A stretch of DNA of 64,000 nt from a virus (IMGVR_UViG_2799112278_000002:1-64000); one strand, 5' to 3'. Counted from the stretch's first letter, positions 1-7,956 are shown. Numbers and translations: made by a program. Notes: generated by a model not told the origin, from the letters alone.

Positions 1-306
1 TTATTTTATCATATTTAACTTCTCAACATCCGTAACACGCAAAAATGGCCATGTATTATTCACTCGATCCGTTCCAGGTGTAACAACCCGTTGAATAATC
101 AAGTCCCAAATGATTTCCTGTACCAGCTCTATCTCTTGATTGTTAAGAAAAATTCCATCTTCCGGAATAGGCATTCCGTTAATCAGAGGAATGCCTTTAT
201 AAATATTAATCAACTTTGTAACTTCATTGACGTAAAACTCAAATTGTCCCTTAGGATGTTTTCTCAATACTTCAACCAATAAATTTATTAACTCATACTT
301 ATACAT
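1..306 (-). CDS. Hypothetical protein outside the att boundary (host or neighbouring island)
   Basis: 101-aa ORF with GGAGG RBS. The WDLIIQRVVTPG..WPFLRVT motif resembles N-terminal domains seen in some Abi-associated proteins (weak). Confidence 0.55.
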   Translation of the reverse strand: MYKYELINLLVEVLRKHPKGQFEFYVNEVTKLINIYKGIPLINGMPIPEDGIFLNNQEIELVQEIIWDLIIQRVVTPGTDRVNNTWPFLRVTDVEKLNMIK

Positions 307-520
307 AAATTACCTCCATGTCTCAATTATTCAACAAAAGGCAATTTCTTCCTTTCAGACAATAAAATAAGCTGCCTACCAAATTGAGAATAGGTTAGCT
401 TTAACAAAATAAAAAAAGGACAGGCCAAATAACCTGTCCATTTTACGCACACATTCTCTTAATTTGTCTACTCTATAATACCTTAGGGGACAATCCAGAG
501 AATAACTTAACATAAATAAA

Positions 521-550
521 AAATACGCAGGTTCGCCAACCTGCGTATTT
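521..550 (-). terminator. Perfect hairpin, probable terminator of the original tRNA-Pro gene
   Basis: AAATACGCAGGTT-CGCC-AACCTGCGTATTT, 12 nt downstream of the tRNA CCA end, with a T-run on the minus strand. Confidence 0.75.
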
Positions 551-562
551 GCTGTATTTAAT

Positions 563-615
563 TGGTCGGAGCGACATGAGTTGAACATGCGGCCTCTACC
601 ACCCCAAGGTAGCGC
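563..615 (-). other. att core: 3' fragment of tRNA-Pro(GGG)
   Basis: Minus strand GCG-CTACC-TTGGGGT-GGTAG-AGGCC-GCATG-TTCAACT-CATGT-CGCTCCG-A-CCA gives anticodon arm, T arm and 3' acceptor strand. The 5' acceptor strand and D arm are absent. Confidence 0.85.
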
Positions 616-923
616 GGCAGTTTCATTATCGTAAACTAAAACACTCGTTCACCCTTGATTTACCTAGACGCATGCCGATTATTATGTCAATTTCTCTTTT
701 GCGTTTTGTGCCATGTTGTATCGGGTTATATCGGGTAGGTTGCAGTGATAATTGCAGTACGTTTTTTTGCTGCAAAAAGGTTAATTAGTGAGTACTTAAA
801 TCTATAAAACTAATAAAACTCGTAGTGCTTAAAACTGCTTTTTGCAAGATTACTGCAATCTAACCATTTTTCTTGTAGCACCATGCCACTTATTTAAAAT
901 ATAGCATACTACCAGGCATACTA

Positions 924-1112
924 CTACTCCAAAAGATAAGATAATATTTTCATAATCCCATCTACTACTATAACAAGCACCAACACCCGTATTAAACTTC
1001 TCTCATACCATTGACTCATAAACGATAACACATATACTACTAAACTAATCATAAACAAAGTATACAAATCAGTAGTCGCAGTCTTCATGATAGTTTTAGC
1101 TGCAGTTATCAT
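924..1112 (-). CDS. Small two-TM membrane protein, SpoIIIAC/AD-like
   Basis: 62 aa, hydrophobic; TAATG coupling to the upstream gene. Confidence 0.5.
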   Translation of the reverse strand: MITAAKTIMKTATTDLYTLFMISLVVYVLSFMSQWYERSLIRVLVLVIVVDGIMKILSYLLE

Positions 1113-1405
1113 TAGAATCCCATCCTTGTAAAAGTTCCATCAACTAATTTCCAAACAGTATCTAACACCAAGCCTACCGCAACACATTTAAGAACCAGAT
1201 CTATTCCACCGGACATTGTTTCGTGACCAAAATTATTACAAAGGGTAGTAAGTATCCATCTTGATATTGATAACCCAATCAAAATAATTACTGCAAATCC
1301 GGGTGTATTATATCCGATAGCAGATTGAATTACTGCAGTAAGTCCAGCAAAGCATACCGATAAATGCAGACTTGAAATTACCAAACAAATTATTAACGTC
1401 CGCAT
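1112..1405 (-). CDS. Small membrane protein, SpoIIIAC/AD-like
   Basis: 97 aa; the IGLSISRWILTTLCNNFGHETMSGGIDLVLKCVAVGLVL pattern resembles the SpoIIIAC/AD helix pair. Confidence 0.55.
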   Translation of the reverse strand: MRTLIICLVISSLHLSVCFAGLTAVIQSAIGYNTPGFAVIILIGLSISRWILTTLCNNFGHETMSGGIDLVLKCVAVGLVLDTVWKLVDGTFTRMGF

Positions 1406-1851
1406 AATAAAACCTCCCTCACTTCACAAACTTTTTTATCATCCAAATAGAAAACACTGCCTCCAAAGTCAATTTTTTTCTTACCCACTTCAATTCTGGT
1501 GTATCGCTTATTTCGGTTCAGCTGATTCTCGTATGTCAAGATCAATGTATTGTAATCAAAACTTATTGGCGTATCACCATATGCACACTTTTTCTCTAAG
1601 TACAAGCGTACCCAGTTAATTTTGACTTTGTTTTCATCAACATCATTAATGTAGTATACATTAGGCTGATCAATCTCCAACCTTACACGCTTTACCTTTT
1701 TTCGCTTATAAAGCTCAAGCATGCGTTTTCTGGCCATTCGCTGAGAAGGGAAAAACATTAGGGCCAATTGAAAGGTGTCCAAGCAATGATATTTCTCCAA
1801 CGCCTCTAGAATTTCTCGATCGCGCTTTTTTGCATATTTGAAATTATTCAT
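1393..1851 (-). CDS. Replication-relaxation family protein (wHTH; short, degenerate nuclease half)
   Basis: RDREILEALEKYHCLDTFQLALMFF..ARKRMLEL..PNVYY is typical of the Replic_Relax N-terminus; ATGA overlap with the FtsK stop. Confidence 0.7.
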   Translation of the reverse strand: MNNFKYAKKRDREILEALEKYHCLDTFQLALMFFPSQRMARKRMLELYKRKKVKRVRLEIDQPNVYYINDVDENKVKINWVRLYLEKKCAYGDTPISFDYNTLILTYENQLNRNKRYTRIEVGKKKIDFGGSVFYLDDKKVCEVREVLLCGR

Positions 1852-2909
1852 GTCATAGCCCTCCGGTCAAAGAGCGGAGCCTGTATTTCTATTAAAGCAT
1901 CATCAGTAGTTCTCCATAATGCACGTCCTGGTATCTTCTTCATTGTCACATACTGATCTAAGATCATGTTTGTATCAATTTTACTTGAACAGCTGAATGC
2001 CAATCGACCTATCAAGTTACTTTTCAAGTCTCCGAACTTTGATTCTTTCCCCAGAAACGAACTGCTAGGACGTTGACTTGCTAAAATAAGATGTATGCCG
2101 GTTGCAGCTGCTAATCTCAGCAAGGCGTCGATATGAGCTATGGCTTTTTTTGACTTAACTTCTCCGAGCTCATCTATGATAACAACAATCCTTTTTATCT
2201 CGCCATAATATTTGCGATACTCCTTAAAGTTCTCACATTCAACGTCGTAAAACAAATCCATTCTACGCCGCATTTCTAATTCAACTGCTTCTAGTGCACC
2301 TTCGATCTCTTCCACTGTGGTAAATAGCTTAATTCTATTTTTCAGATAGCTAAACTCACATCTTTTACAATCGCCAACTATAATTTCCGGCTGCAATGGA
2401 TTGTTAAGCAGTGTATAAATCCAACCACTTAGTGTATTACTTTTTCCGGTTCTAGTCGGACCACCGACTAATACATGGTAGGTATTATCAAGTGAAAAGG
2501 TTTGAAGTTCTCCATGTACGTCATAGCCTATAGGCAGTTTAATCTCATAATCATTTATTCCGATGTCTTCAAGATTAAACTTGTAATGCTTACCTATTGG
2601 CTTTTCAATTACTCGCATTATCAATGCTTTTCCCTTTGAAAAGAAAACACATTCACAGCCGGTTATAGATTCAAAATGACCACTACATTTTATAATATCT
2701 GAATGTGAATCGCCGGGAGCAACGTATATTTTGAACTCCCACCCCCAGGACTTTCGTTCTTGATATATTTTGGGCCTAATATCAGTCTCTTCCCACAAAG
2801 CATTAATCGTATGTCGCACGCTGCACGGGATCTCATATCCAATTTTTTTATAAAACCAGTTTTCTAATTTCCTGCAGACTGGCTTTAACAAATAATTATA
2901 TTGGCTCAT
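1848..2909 (-). CDS. FtsK/SpoIIIE-family ATPase without N-terminal TM domain
   Basis: Walker A GGPTRTGKS, Walker B VVIIDE, LILASQRPS, PGRAL. Start placed at the ATGA-coupled ATG 2909. Confidence 0.9.
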   Translation of the reverse strand: MSQYNYLLKPVCRKLENWFYKKIGYEIPCSVRHTINALWEETDIRPKIYQERKSWGWEFKIYVAPGDSHSDIIKCSGHFESITGCECVFFSKGKALIMRVIEKPIGKHYKFNLEDIGINDYEIKLPIGYDVHGELQTFSLDNTYHVLVGGPTRTGKSNTLSGWIYTLLNNPLQPEIIVGDCKRCEFSYLKNRIKLFTTVEEIEGALEAVELEMRRRMDLFYDVECENFKEYRKYYGEIKRIVVIIDELGEVKSKKAIAHIDALLRLAAATGIHLILASQRPSSSFLGKESKFGDLKSNLIGRLAFSCSSKIDTNMILDQYVTMKKIPGRALWRTTDDALIEIQAPLFDRRAMT

Positions 2910-3349
2910 AATTTTAACCTCTGCCACATTTTACTAACTATTGCCTTTCCTCCATCTACTACCTTTGAGATAATAGTTGTCTGTTGGCCTGGGACATCTG
3001 TGATGCTTTTAGAATTGGAACTTTGTTCCTTATCAGAATTAGAATTACGCTGACCGATCTCTTGCTCTTTTTCAACATAGGTTTTCTCTACCGTTGTCTT
3101 TTGATAAAAAGGAACTTGAAATACATTTCCATCAAGCAAAACACCCTTAAAGCCCTCTCGAATTGTAATTATTTTAGTTGTTTGATTACTAGTTTTATCG
3201 TTTGCTGTAGTTGAGCTATCATTGGATTTATCTACGATATTGCTGCTGTTATCCTTTTGGATTTTAGCCACATCATAAACAGGTGTAAGAGCAATTATGG
3301 CAGCTGCTATTACCGGTACTACTTTAAAAGTAATTGGTAGTTCAAGCAC
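2906..3349 (-). CDS. Membrane-anchored or secreted low-complexity protein
   Basis: N-terminal hydrophobic VVPVIAAAIIAL followed by S/N/T/K-rich stretches; GGGAGGG RBS. Confidence 0.65.
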   Translation of the reverse strand: MLELPITFKVVPVIAAAIIALTPVYDVAKIQKDNSSNIVDKSNDSSTTANDKTSNQTTKIITIREGFKGVLLDGNVFQVPFYQKTTVEKTYVEKEQEIGQRNSNSDKEQSSNSKSITDVPGQQTTIISKVVDGGKAIVSKMWQRLKL

Positions 3350-3382
3350 ATTGAACCCTCCCTTGCGATCATAATGGGAATC

Positions 3383-3562
3383 TCAATCATTATCCCACTT
3401 CCAGTCATCTGAGCACGAAGGGCAGCTTAGTGATTCCTCTTTTTGTTGCCATCCACCGCTCAAAGCGTTTTGCTCATATAGCCCAGGAACCAGTTGATTC
3501 TTTTCATTAATAGACCAACACTCACCACACTGGGGATTAAGACATTTAAACAGCCCGATCAT
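3383..3562 (-). CDS. 59-aa zinc-ribbon protein (below the ORF-track cut-off)
   Basis: MIGLFKCLNPQCGECW...LSCPSCSDDWKWDND, with an AGGAGAG RBS, filling the gap in the operon. Confidence 0.65.
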   Translation of the reverse strand: MIGLFKCLNPQCGECWSINEKNQLVPGLYEQNALSGGWQQKEESLSCPSCSDDWKWDND

Positions 3563-3577
3563 TTACTCTCACTCTCC

Positions 3578-3838
3578 TTACGCAAATAAAACACTCATAG
3601 CTTGCTTCGCCTGTTGTTGAGCGTCTTCACGTATGGCAACAGGCGAGGTATTTGAACCATTTGGTAAGTGAGCCGTTAAATATCTAAGAACAATTTCCTC
3701 TATGGTTTCTTCTTGATATTTACTGGCCATCTTTAGATCCAGTAAATTACGAACATACTCACTCCCTCCATTTAAATCAAAGAAATCCTTCTGTTCCTGC
3801 GTACATTTAAACCCGATGAACGCATTTAATTTCGTCAT
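3578..3838 (-). CDS. ParR-like small DNA-binding adaptor (RHH-like)
   Basis: 86 aa directly after parM; N-terminal FIGFKCTQEQKDFF..SEYVRNLL strand-helix-helix pattern. Confidence 0.6.
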   Translation of the reverse strand: MTKLNAFIGFKCTQEQKDFFDLNGGSEYVRNLLDLKMASKYQEETIEEIVLRYLTAHLPNGSNTSPVAIREDAQQQAKQAMSVLFA

Positions 3839-4757
3839 TTCTCGCCACCGCCAATTTATAGCAACCCCATGCGTTTGCCGTAATCGGCCGAGGATGCAAT
3901 ATAGCATTAGACCATATAGCCTTGAAATGAGGAAATAGAGGAATAGCTCCACCGCCACATATAACAACAGCATCAAATCTTGGTTGAGACTTCCAGGGGC
4001 CGATCATAATTTGTTGGACAATTGCATTGGCGAGGTTTTTATAATACGGTGCCGGATTTATTAAATCCAAATTATCTTCTACTTGATGAATAAGGATGTC
4101 TTTCTGTAATTTAATTTCTTTTTGCATGTCATTGTAGGCAGCCCACATACCAAGCGGCGCAAGTGTATCAGATAGCTCATCCTGATAAGTCATTTGGTAC
4201 ATGGCCGTAACATTAGTTGTTCGACTTCCGATATCAATCACACCAATGTTCTTGAACGAATAGCCATCTATGACCCGGCCTTTATTATCTAAAAACAAAT
4301 CCCACGCCGCGCAGCCAGCTTCCGGAGCAACAGTCACGTCTACCACTTCTAAGTTGACTACTTTAAAAGGGAACTTTATCCGGTATACACCTTCTAAGTT
4401 TCGTGCAAACGTTTTTCTTTGCACGCGATAGTCGGATATGGGCAGGCAAGTGACCGGTGAGCAACTAAGATATTGACGATCAGATAAATATGCAGCCATG
4501 GTTAACAACACAGTCTTCGTTACATCATCTGTCGATTTTTTCTTTTCGTAACCTATAAGCGTATCAGAATACTTTTTCGCTAAATTGCCGACAAAGGACC
4601 ATGAATCATTAATGGTTACGTCTAAATCATCGAGATGCTCTTTGCCATTAACCAATGTTCTTTCACGTCCGGGAGCAACAAACGCTGGAATAGTAATTTC
4701 CCTGCCATTCGCAACGGCCTTACCATAGTGATTACCCCCATTAAGTCCGGCCAACAC
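3807..4757 (-). CDS. parM: ParM/StbA-family actin-like ATPase
   Basis: GLNGGNHYGK (phosphate 1), VAPEAGCA, IDIGSRTTN (phosphate 2), VVICGGGA, ANAWG. Confidence 0.85.
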   Translation of the reverse strand: MLAGLNGGNHYGKAVANGREITIPAFVAPGRERTLVNGKEHLDDLDVTINDSWSFVGNLAKKYSDTLIGYEKKKSTDDVTKTVLLTMAAYLSDRQYLSCSPVTCLPISDYRVQRKTFARNLEGVYRIKFPFKVVNLEVVDVTVAPEAGCAAWDLFLDNKGRVIDGYSFKNIGVIDIGSRTTNVTAMYQMTYQDELSDTLAPLGMWAAYNDMQKEIKLQKDILIHQVEDNLDLINPAPYYKNLANAIVQQIMIGPWKSQPRFDAVVICGGGAIPLFPHFKAIWSNAILHPRPITANAWGCYKLAVARNDEIKCVHRV

Positions 4758-4865
4758 TATAAACCACCTCCATTAAATATTTGGTTTAACCGATGGTTTA
4801 ATATATGTATCATTAGCAATAAAGTTGCATATTCTAGCTATTAAATGGGCAAAAAAAATAATACC

Positions 4866-5099
4866 CTATTCCTTAGGGTATATAAGGAGGTCTTGCATAT
4901 TGGCATTTGGAAAGAATTTTACTAAGAATAACCACATAGTTAGCAATTGGTTACCGTTAGGAATATGACCGGTATTCTCCCACTTACAGTACATGGTATA
5001 TTCTACCTGGTAAAACTTCGCCATTTCCTTTTGTGTAACTTCTTTTCCCGTTTGGGCAGCTAATTGCAGCCGCCAATAGCGAAAATTATTTTTTATCAT
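4866..5099 (-). CDS. XRE-family HTH regulator
   Basis: VTQKEMAKFYQV..YCKWENTGHIP. Confidence 0.8.
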   Translation of the reverse strand: MIKNNFRYWRLQLAAQTGKEVTQKEMAKFYQVEYTMYCKWENTGHIPNGNQLLTMWLFLVKFFPNANMQDLLIYPKE

Positions 5100-5185
5100 T
5101 CTTTCACCTACCAGACAGCAGGAATACTTTGGTTATTTATGGTATTTCTACAAATTAGTTAATTTACCTTTAGGGAGGCTATTTA

Positions 5186-5911
5186 ATGAGAAAAAAGATT
5201 CTAGTTCCAATTATCACGTTAATCCTATCATTAATGCTCAATTCGGTGGTATTTGCTAAAGCGAATCACTGGAAAGACAACTCTTTTGATTTCTCCAGCA
5301 TACAAAAAATAGTTATCATGACATATTCATTCGACCAAGATATCCTTGATCCATTCGCCAGTCAAAAAACATCTGAGTATATTGCTGCAGAAATTGCGAA
5401 GCAAGATGTCCAGTTTTTAACGCTCGATCAAGTTATTAAGCAAATAGGCCAGGATCTTAACATTGATATGGCAGCAATCAAAAAACAAAATCCAAATCAG
5501 TTTTTCGATATTATAGCCACCAATATATCAAAATACGCAGATGCAGGTATTAAAATCAATGTATATCAAATGGGCTGGGTTAAACAATATATTCCCCCCA
5601 GTTCATTTAATTATACCAGCTACAACACTTCGTATATAAATGGGTATAATAGTAAGGGAACTAACTTTTCTGCTTTTGTCCAAACCCCACAAACAAATCA
5701 AGTAACTATACCAGGTGGATTTGAAGATTTTGCAACTGCATCAATGGCAATATCAGTTTACGATTTGAAGGATATTAAATTAATTTGGGGATATTCCGAT
5801 TATAAAAGTGATCAATCTCGCGCATTTAAAAAAGCAAGTCCAGAACAATCAATGAAAAAGCTTACTGAAGATGCTTTTAAAACGCTCCCCGTAAAGAAAA
5901 TAAAAAAATAA
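5186..5911 (+). CDS. Secreted/periplasmic protein (moron, opposite strand)
   Basis: Sec-type signal peptide ending VVFA; alpha/beta pattern reminiscent of DUF4136/LpoB-like folds; own RBS. Confidence 0.7.
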   Translation: MRKKILVPIITLILSLMLNSVVFAKANHWKDNSFDFSSIQKIVIMTYSFDQDILDPFASQKTSEYIAAEIAKQDVQFLTLDQVIKQIGQDLNIDMAAIKKQNPNQFFDIIATNISKYADAGIKINVYQMGWVKQYIPPSSFNYTSYNTSYINGYNSKGTNFSAFVQTPQTNQVTIPGGFEDFATASMAISVYDLKDIKLIWGYSDYKSDQSRAFKKASPEQSMKKLTEDAFKTLPVKKIKK

Positions 5912-5937
5912 GCCGTCCACCTAAAAAGGTAGACGGC
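5912..5937. terminator. Hairpin between convergent genes
   Basis: GCCGTCCACCT-AAAA-AGGTAGACGGC, T-rich run on the minus strand. Confidence 0.6.
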
Positions 5938-5947
5938 CGCTTCACAT

Positions 5948-6529
5948 TTATCTTTTCATAATTGGAAACTGCAGCCCACCTGCAGCTGTTTTCTGATCAC
6001 CATACACCCAAAAAGATACGTTTTTATATAATGGACCATTTACCTGAGCAGCCGGCCCATTGATTCCCCAGCCTACTCCCAAATTAACCGCAGGCTTGGG
6101 CGTAGTAAGATTGATATGCATTTCCGTTTGTTCGGTAACAACAAATTTACCGTTCTCAAATTTGCTGTCTTCTTTAACATTGGCTGGAACTTCAAATTCT
6201 TTGCCGTTTACTTTGACATAGATTATTCCCTGCCGCTTATCAAACTGGACATCCGTTTTTTCGGTAATACCGGTAGCGGCATTCGTTTCTTTCGGCACGT
6301 ATACGAGTTCTTTTGTATGGACAGTTTCTCCCTGTACATATACTACTTGTGTTTCACCTGGCTTTGCTGCTTCTCCATTTGTATTTACATTTATAACCGG
6401 AGTGGTGTTTTGACTCCTGCTATGTTGCTTCCATTCTTGATATTCGCTATAAATAAAGCATCCCAGTACTACAACTAATATACTGCATATAATAAGTTTC
6501 CAATTGTCCTTTATGAACTGCTTAATCAT
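5948..6529 (-). CDS. Lysis-cassette membrane protein, candidate spanin
   Basis: One N-terminal TM helix, beta-rich body, amphipathic Gly/aromatic C-terminal strands; last gene of the lysis cassette. Confidence 0.5.
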   Translation of the reverse strand: MIKQFIKDNWKLIICSILVVVLGCFIYSEYQEWKQHSRSQNTTPVINVNTNGEAAKPGETQVVYVQGETVHTKELVYVPKETNAATGITEKTDVQFDKRQGIIYVKVNGKEFEVPANVKEDSKFENGKFVVTEQTEMHINLTTPKPAVNLGVGWGINGPAAQVNGPLYKNVSFWVYGDQKTAAGGLQFPIMKR

Positions 6530-6821
6530 TAATTAACCCCCTTATATCATTTTTATACCTGGCATTCAATTCATCACGTTTAGCATCATTGAAGTTCTCC
6601 ATATTGGAAAGATAGCCTGTTATGCGACGCACTCGGCAAATTGGCGATTTTTCAACAGTTTTGACTATAATTTCTTCATCTTCCAAACTGAGTTCAACCC
6701 GGGCAATTTGCTTGCCTGCTGACAGCCAGAGAAGCCTCTCTTCTGCGATAATACTCTCAATCTCTTGTCGTGTTATCTGCGGGTCCGCGGTTACCGGTAT
6801 ACCGGTTATTAGCATGTCCAT
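6522..6821 (-). CDS. Stand-alone NrdD C-terminal (glycyl-radical motif) domain protein
   Basis: CRVRRITGYLSNMENFNDAKRDE matches the class III RNR C-terminal motif; only ~99 aa. Confidence 0.7.
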   Translation of the reverse strand: MDMLITGIPVTADPQITRQEIESIIAEERLLWLSAGKQIARVELSLEDEEIIVKTVEKSPICRVRRITGYLSNMENFNDAKRDELNARYKNDIRGLIND

Positions 6822-6822
6822 C

Positions 6823-7407
6823 TTATAAACCGCGTTGCCTATACCAATTTGCTTTTCCGCGAAGAACATTGCCGCCTTCTCCCGGTTCTACACCAGGGAA
6901 AAACCATAAATCCCAACGTTCGCAACTATGACCAGGCCCATACATGCCGTTAGGATGACCATTATACTCGTATCCCGGATTAATTCCATCAGCATTATTA
7001 GCTGCTTCAGCATGTGTCATAACTCGACCTACATCGATCGTCAAATCTAAGACTCCCGCCAACACCGCTATTACTTGCGCCATAACTTCTAATTGAGTTT
7101 CAGTTGGCGGTTCAGATCCAAAATCATTAGTTGTGGCTCCGGCACAACATGCAAGCGATATCCCAATTGCACCGGTATTGCGTTTATAGGTATGTGACAA
7201 TATTTGTGATAGATCGTTACCATTGACATAGATACTCCCATCATGATCAATGTGAATGTGATAAGAAGGAGAAAACTGGCCATAATGGCCAGCACTCCAA
7301 TGTAAGTATAATTTAACGTCTCTCCCACAACTTTTAGCAGCTAACCAGAGTTTATTTTTGCTCTGCAGTGCAATTTGCCTGAGCTCCGCTAATGTTATTT
7401 TCCGCAA
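6823..7407 (-). CDS. Endolysin, N-acetylmuramoyl-L-alanine amidase (Amidase_2-like), catalytic domain only
   Basis: LYLHWSAG, YHIHID, HTYKRNTGAIGISL, VMTHAE. Confidence 0.85.
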   Translation of the reverse strand: MRKITLAELRQIALQSKNKLWLAAKSCGRDVKLYLHWSAGHYGQFSPSYHIHIDHDGSIYVNGNDLSQILSHTYKRNTGAIGISLACCAGATTNDFGSEPPTETQLEVMAQVIAVLAGVLDLTIDVGRVMTHAEAANNADGINPGYEYNGHPNGMYGPGHSCERWDLWFFPGVEPGEGGNVLRGKANWYRQRGL

Positions 7408-7684
7408 TTTCTTTCCCTCCTTTTACTTGCCGCCAGGTGTCTAAGCCGCGTTTAACCGTGTTACTTGCTAATTGCAGTCCCAGCGCAGTTAAAACCTTAT
7501 CCAGCATGTCCGTGAGGTTTATGGCCGTATCTGGATACAAGAGCATTCGATAAACAATTACCAACACCGTAACAGCTAACATAGCAATAATAACGCGATT
7601 TAAAGATACGTCTTTAGCATCGTAGCTCTCACATAATACTAATGGTAGGTTAGATACAACCTGCCGTACATTCTGCCAGAACAT
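7352..7684 (-). CDS. Putative holin
   Basis: Two hydrophobic helices and a basic C-terminus, immediately before the endolysin. Confidence 0.6.
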   Translation of the reverse strand: MFWQNVRQVVSNLPLVLCESYDAKDVSLNRVIIAMLAVTVLVIVYRMLLYPDTAINLTDMLDKVLTALGLQLASNTVKRGLDTWRQVKGGKEIAENNISGAQANCTAEQK

Positions 7685-7956
7685 TAGTGTCCTCCCTTCG
7701 GGATATTGTTAAATAAAAAGCTCAAAAACGACACTAACAAGCCCACCGTAGCGCTAATTACTCCTGCCGTCTTATAAACACCGTCAATTCGGTGGTGAGC
7801 AGATTTAGTGCTTGCCTCAAGACTAACAACTGCTTTACCTAAAAATATCAATTCTTCCTGGCATCGTGGGCATTGAACAGTTAGGTTTTTTAGCGTTGTC
7901 TCAATGATGATTAATCTATCAAGCACCTCACGCTCAAACGTTTTCTCTTCCCCCAA
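7684..7956 (-). CDS. XhlA-like/holin-associated protein
   Basis: Coiled coil plus C-terminal TM (SAHHRIDGVYKTAGVISATVGLLVSFL). Confidence 0.6.
   Translation of the reverse strand: MGEEKTFEREVLDRLIIIETTLKNLTVQCPRCQEELIFLGKAVVSLEASTKSAHHRIDGVYKTAGVISATVGLLVSFLSFLFNNIPKGGH

Noticed and set aside
376-588. 70-aa ORF in the track
   Set aside because: It runs across the tRNA fragment and terminator and has no RBS or family motif.
563-615. Functional tRNA-Pro gene
   Set aside because: The 5' acceptor strand and D arm are missing; the upstream sequence cannot pair with CGCTCCG.
924-4757. Complete conjugative element or ICE
   Set aside because: No VirB4, VirB6, canonical HUH relaxase or other T4SS genes are visible; the operon sits inside an intact phage.
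4760-4800. parC centromere (TGGTTTA x3)
   Set aside because: Only two direct copies and one inverted copy overlapping the RBS; too few for a confident iteron array.
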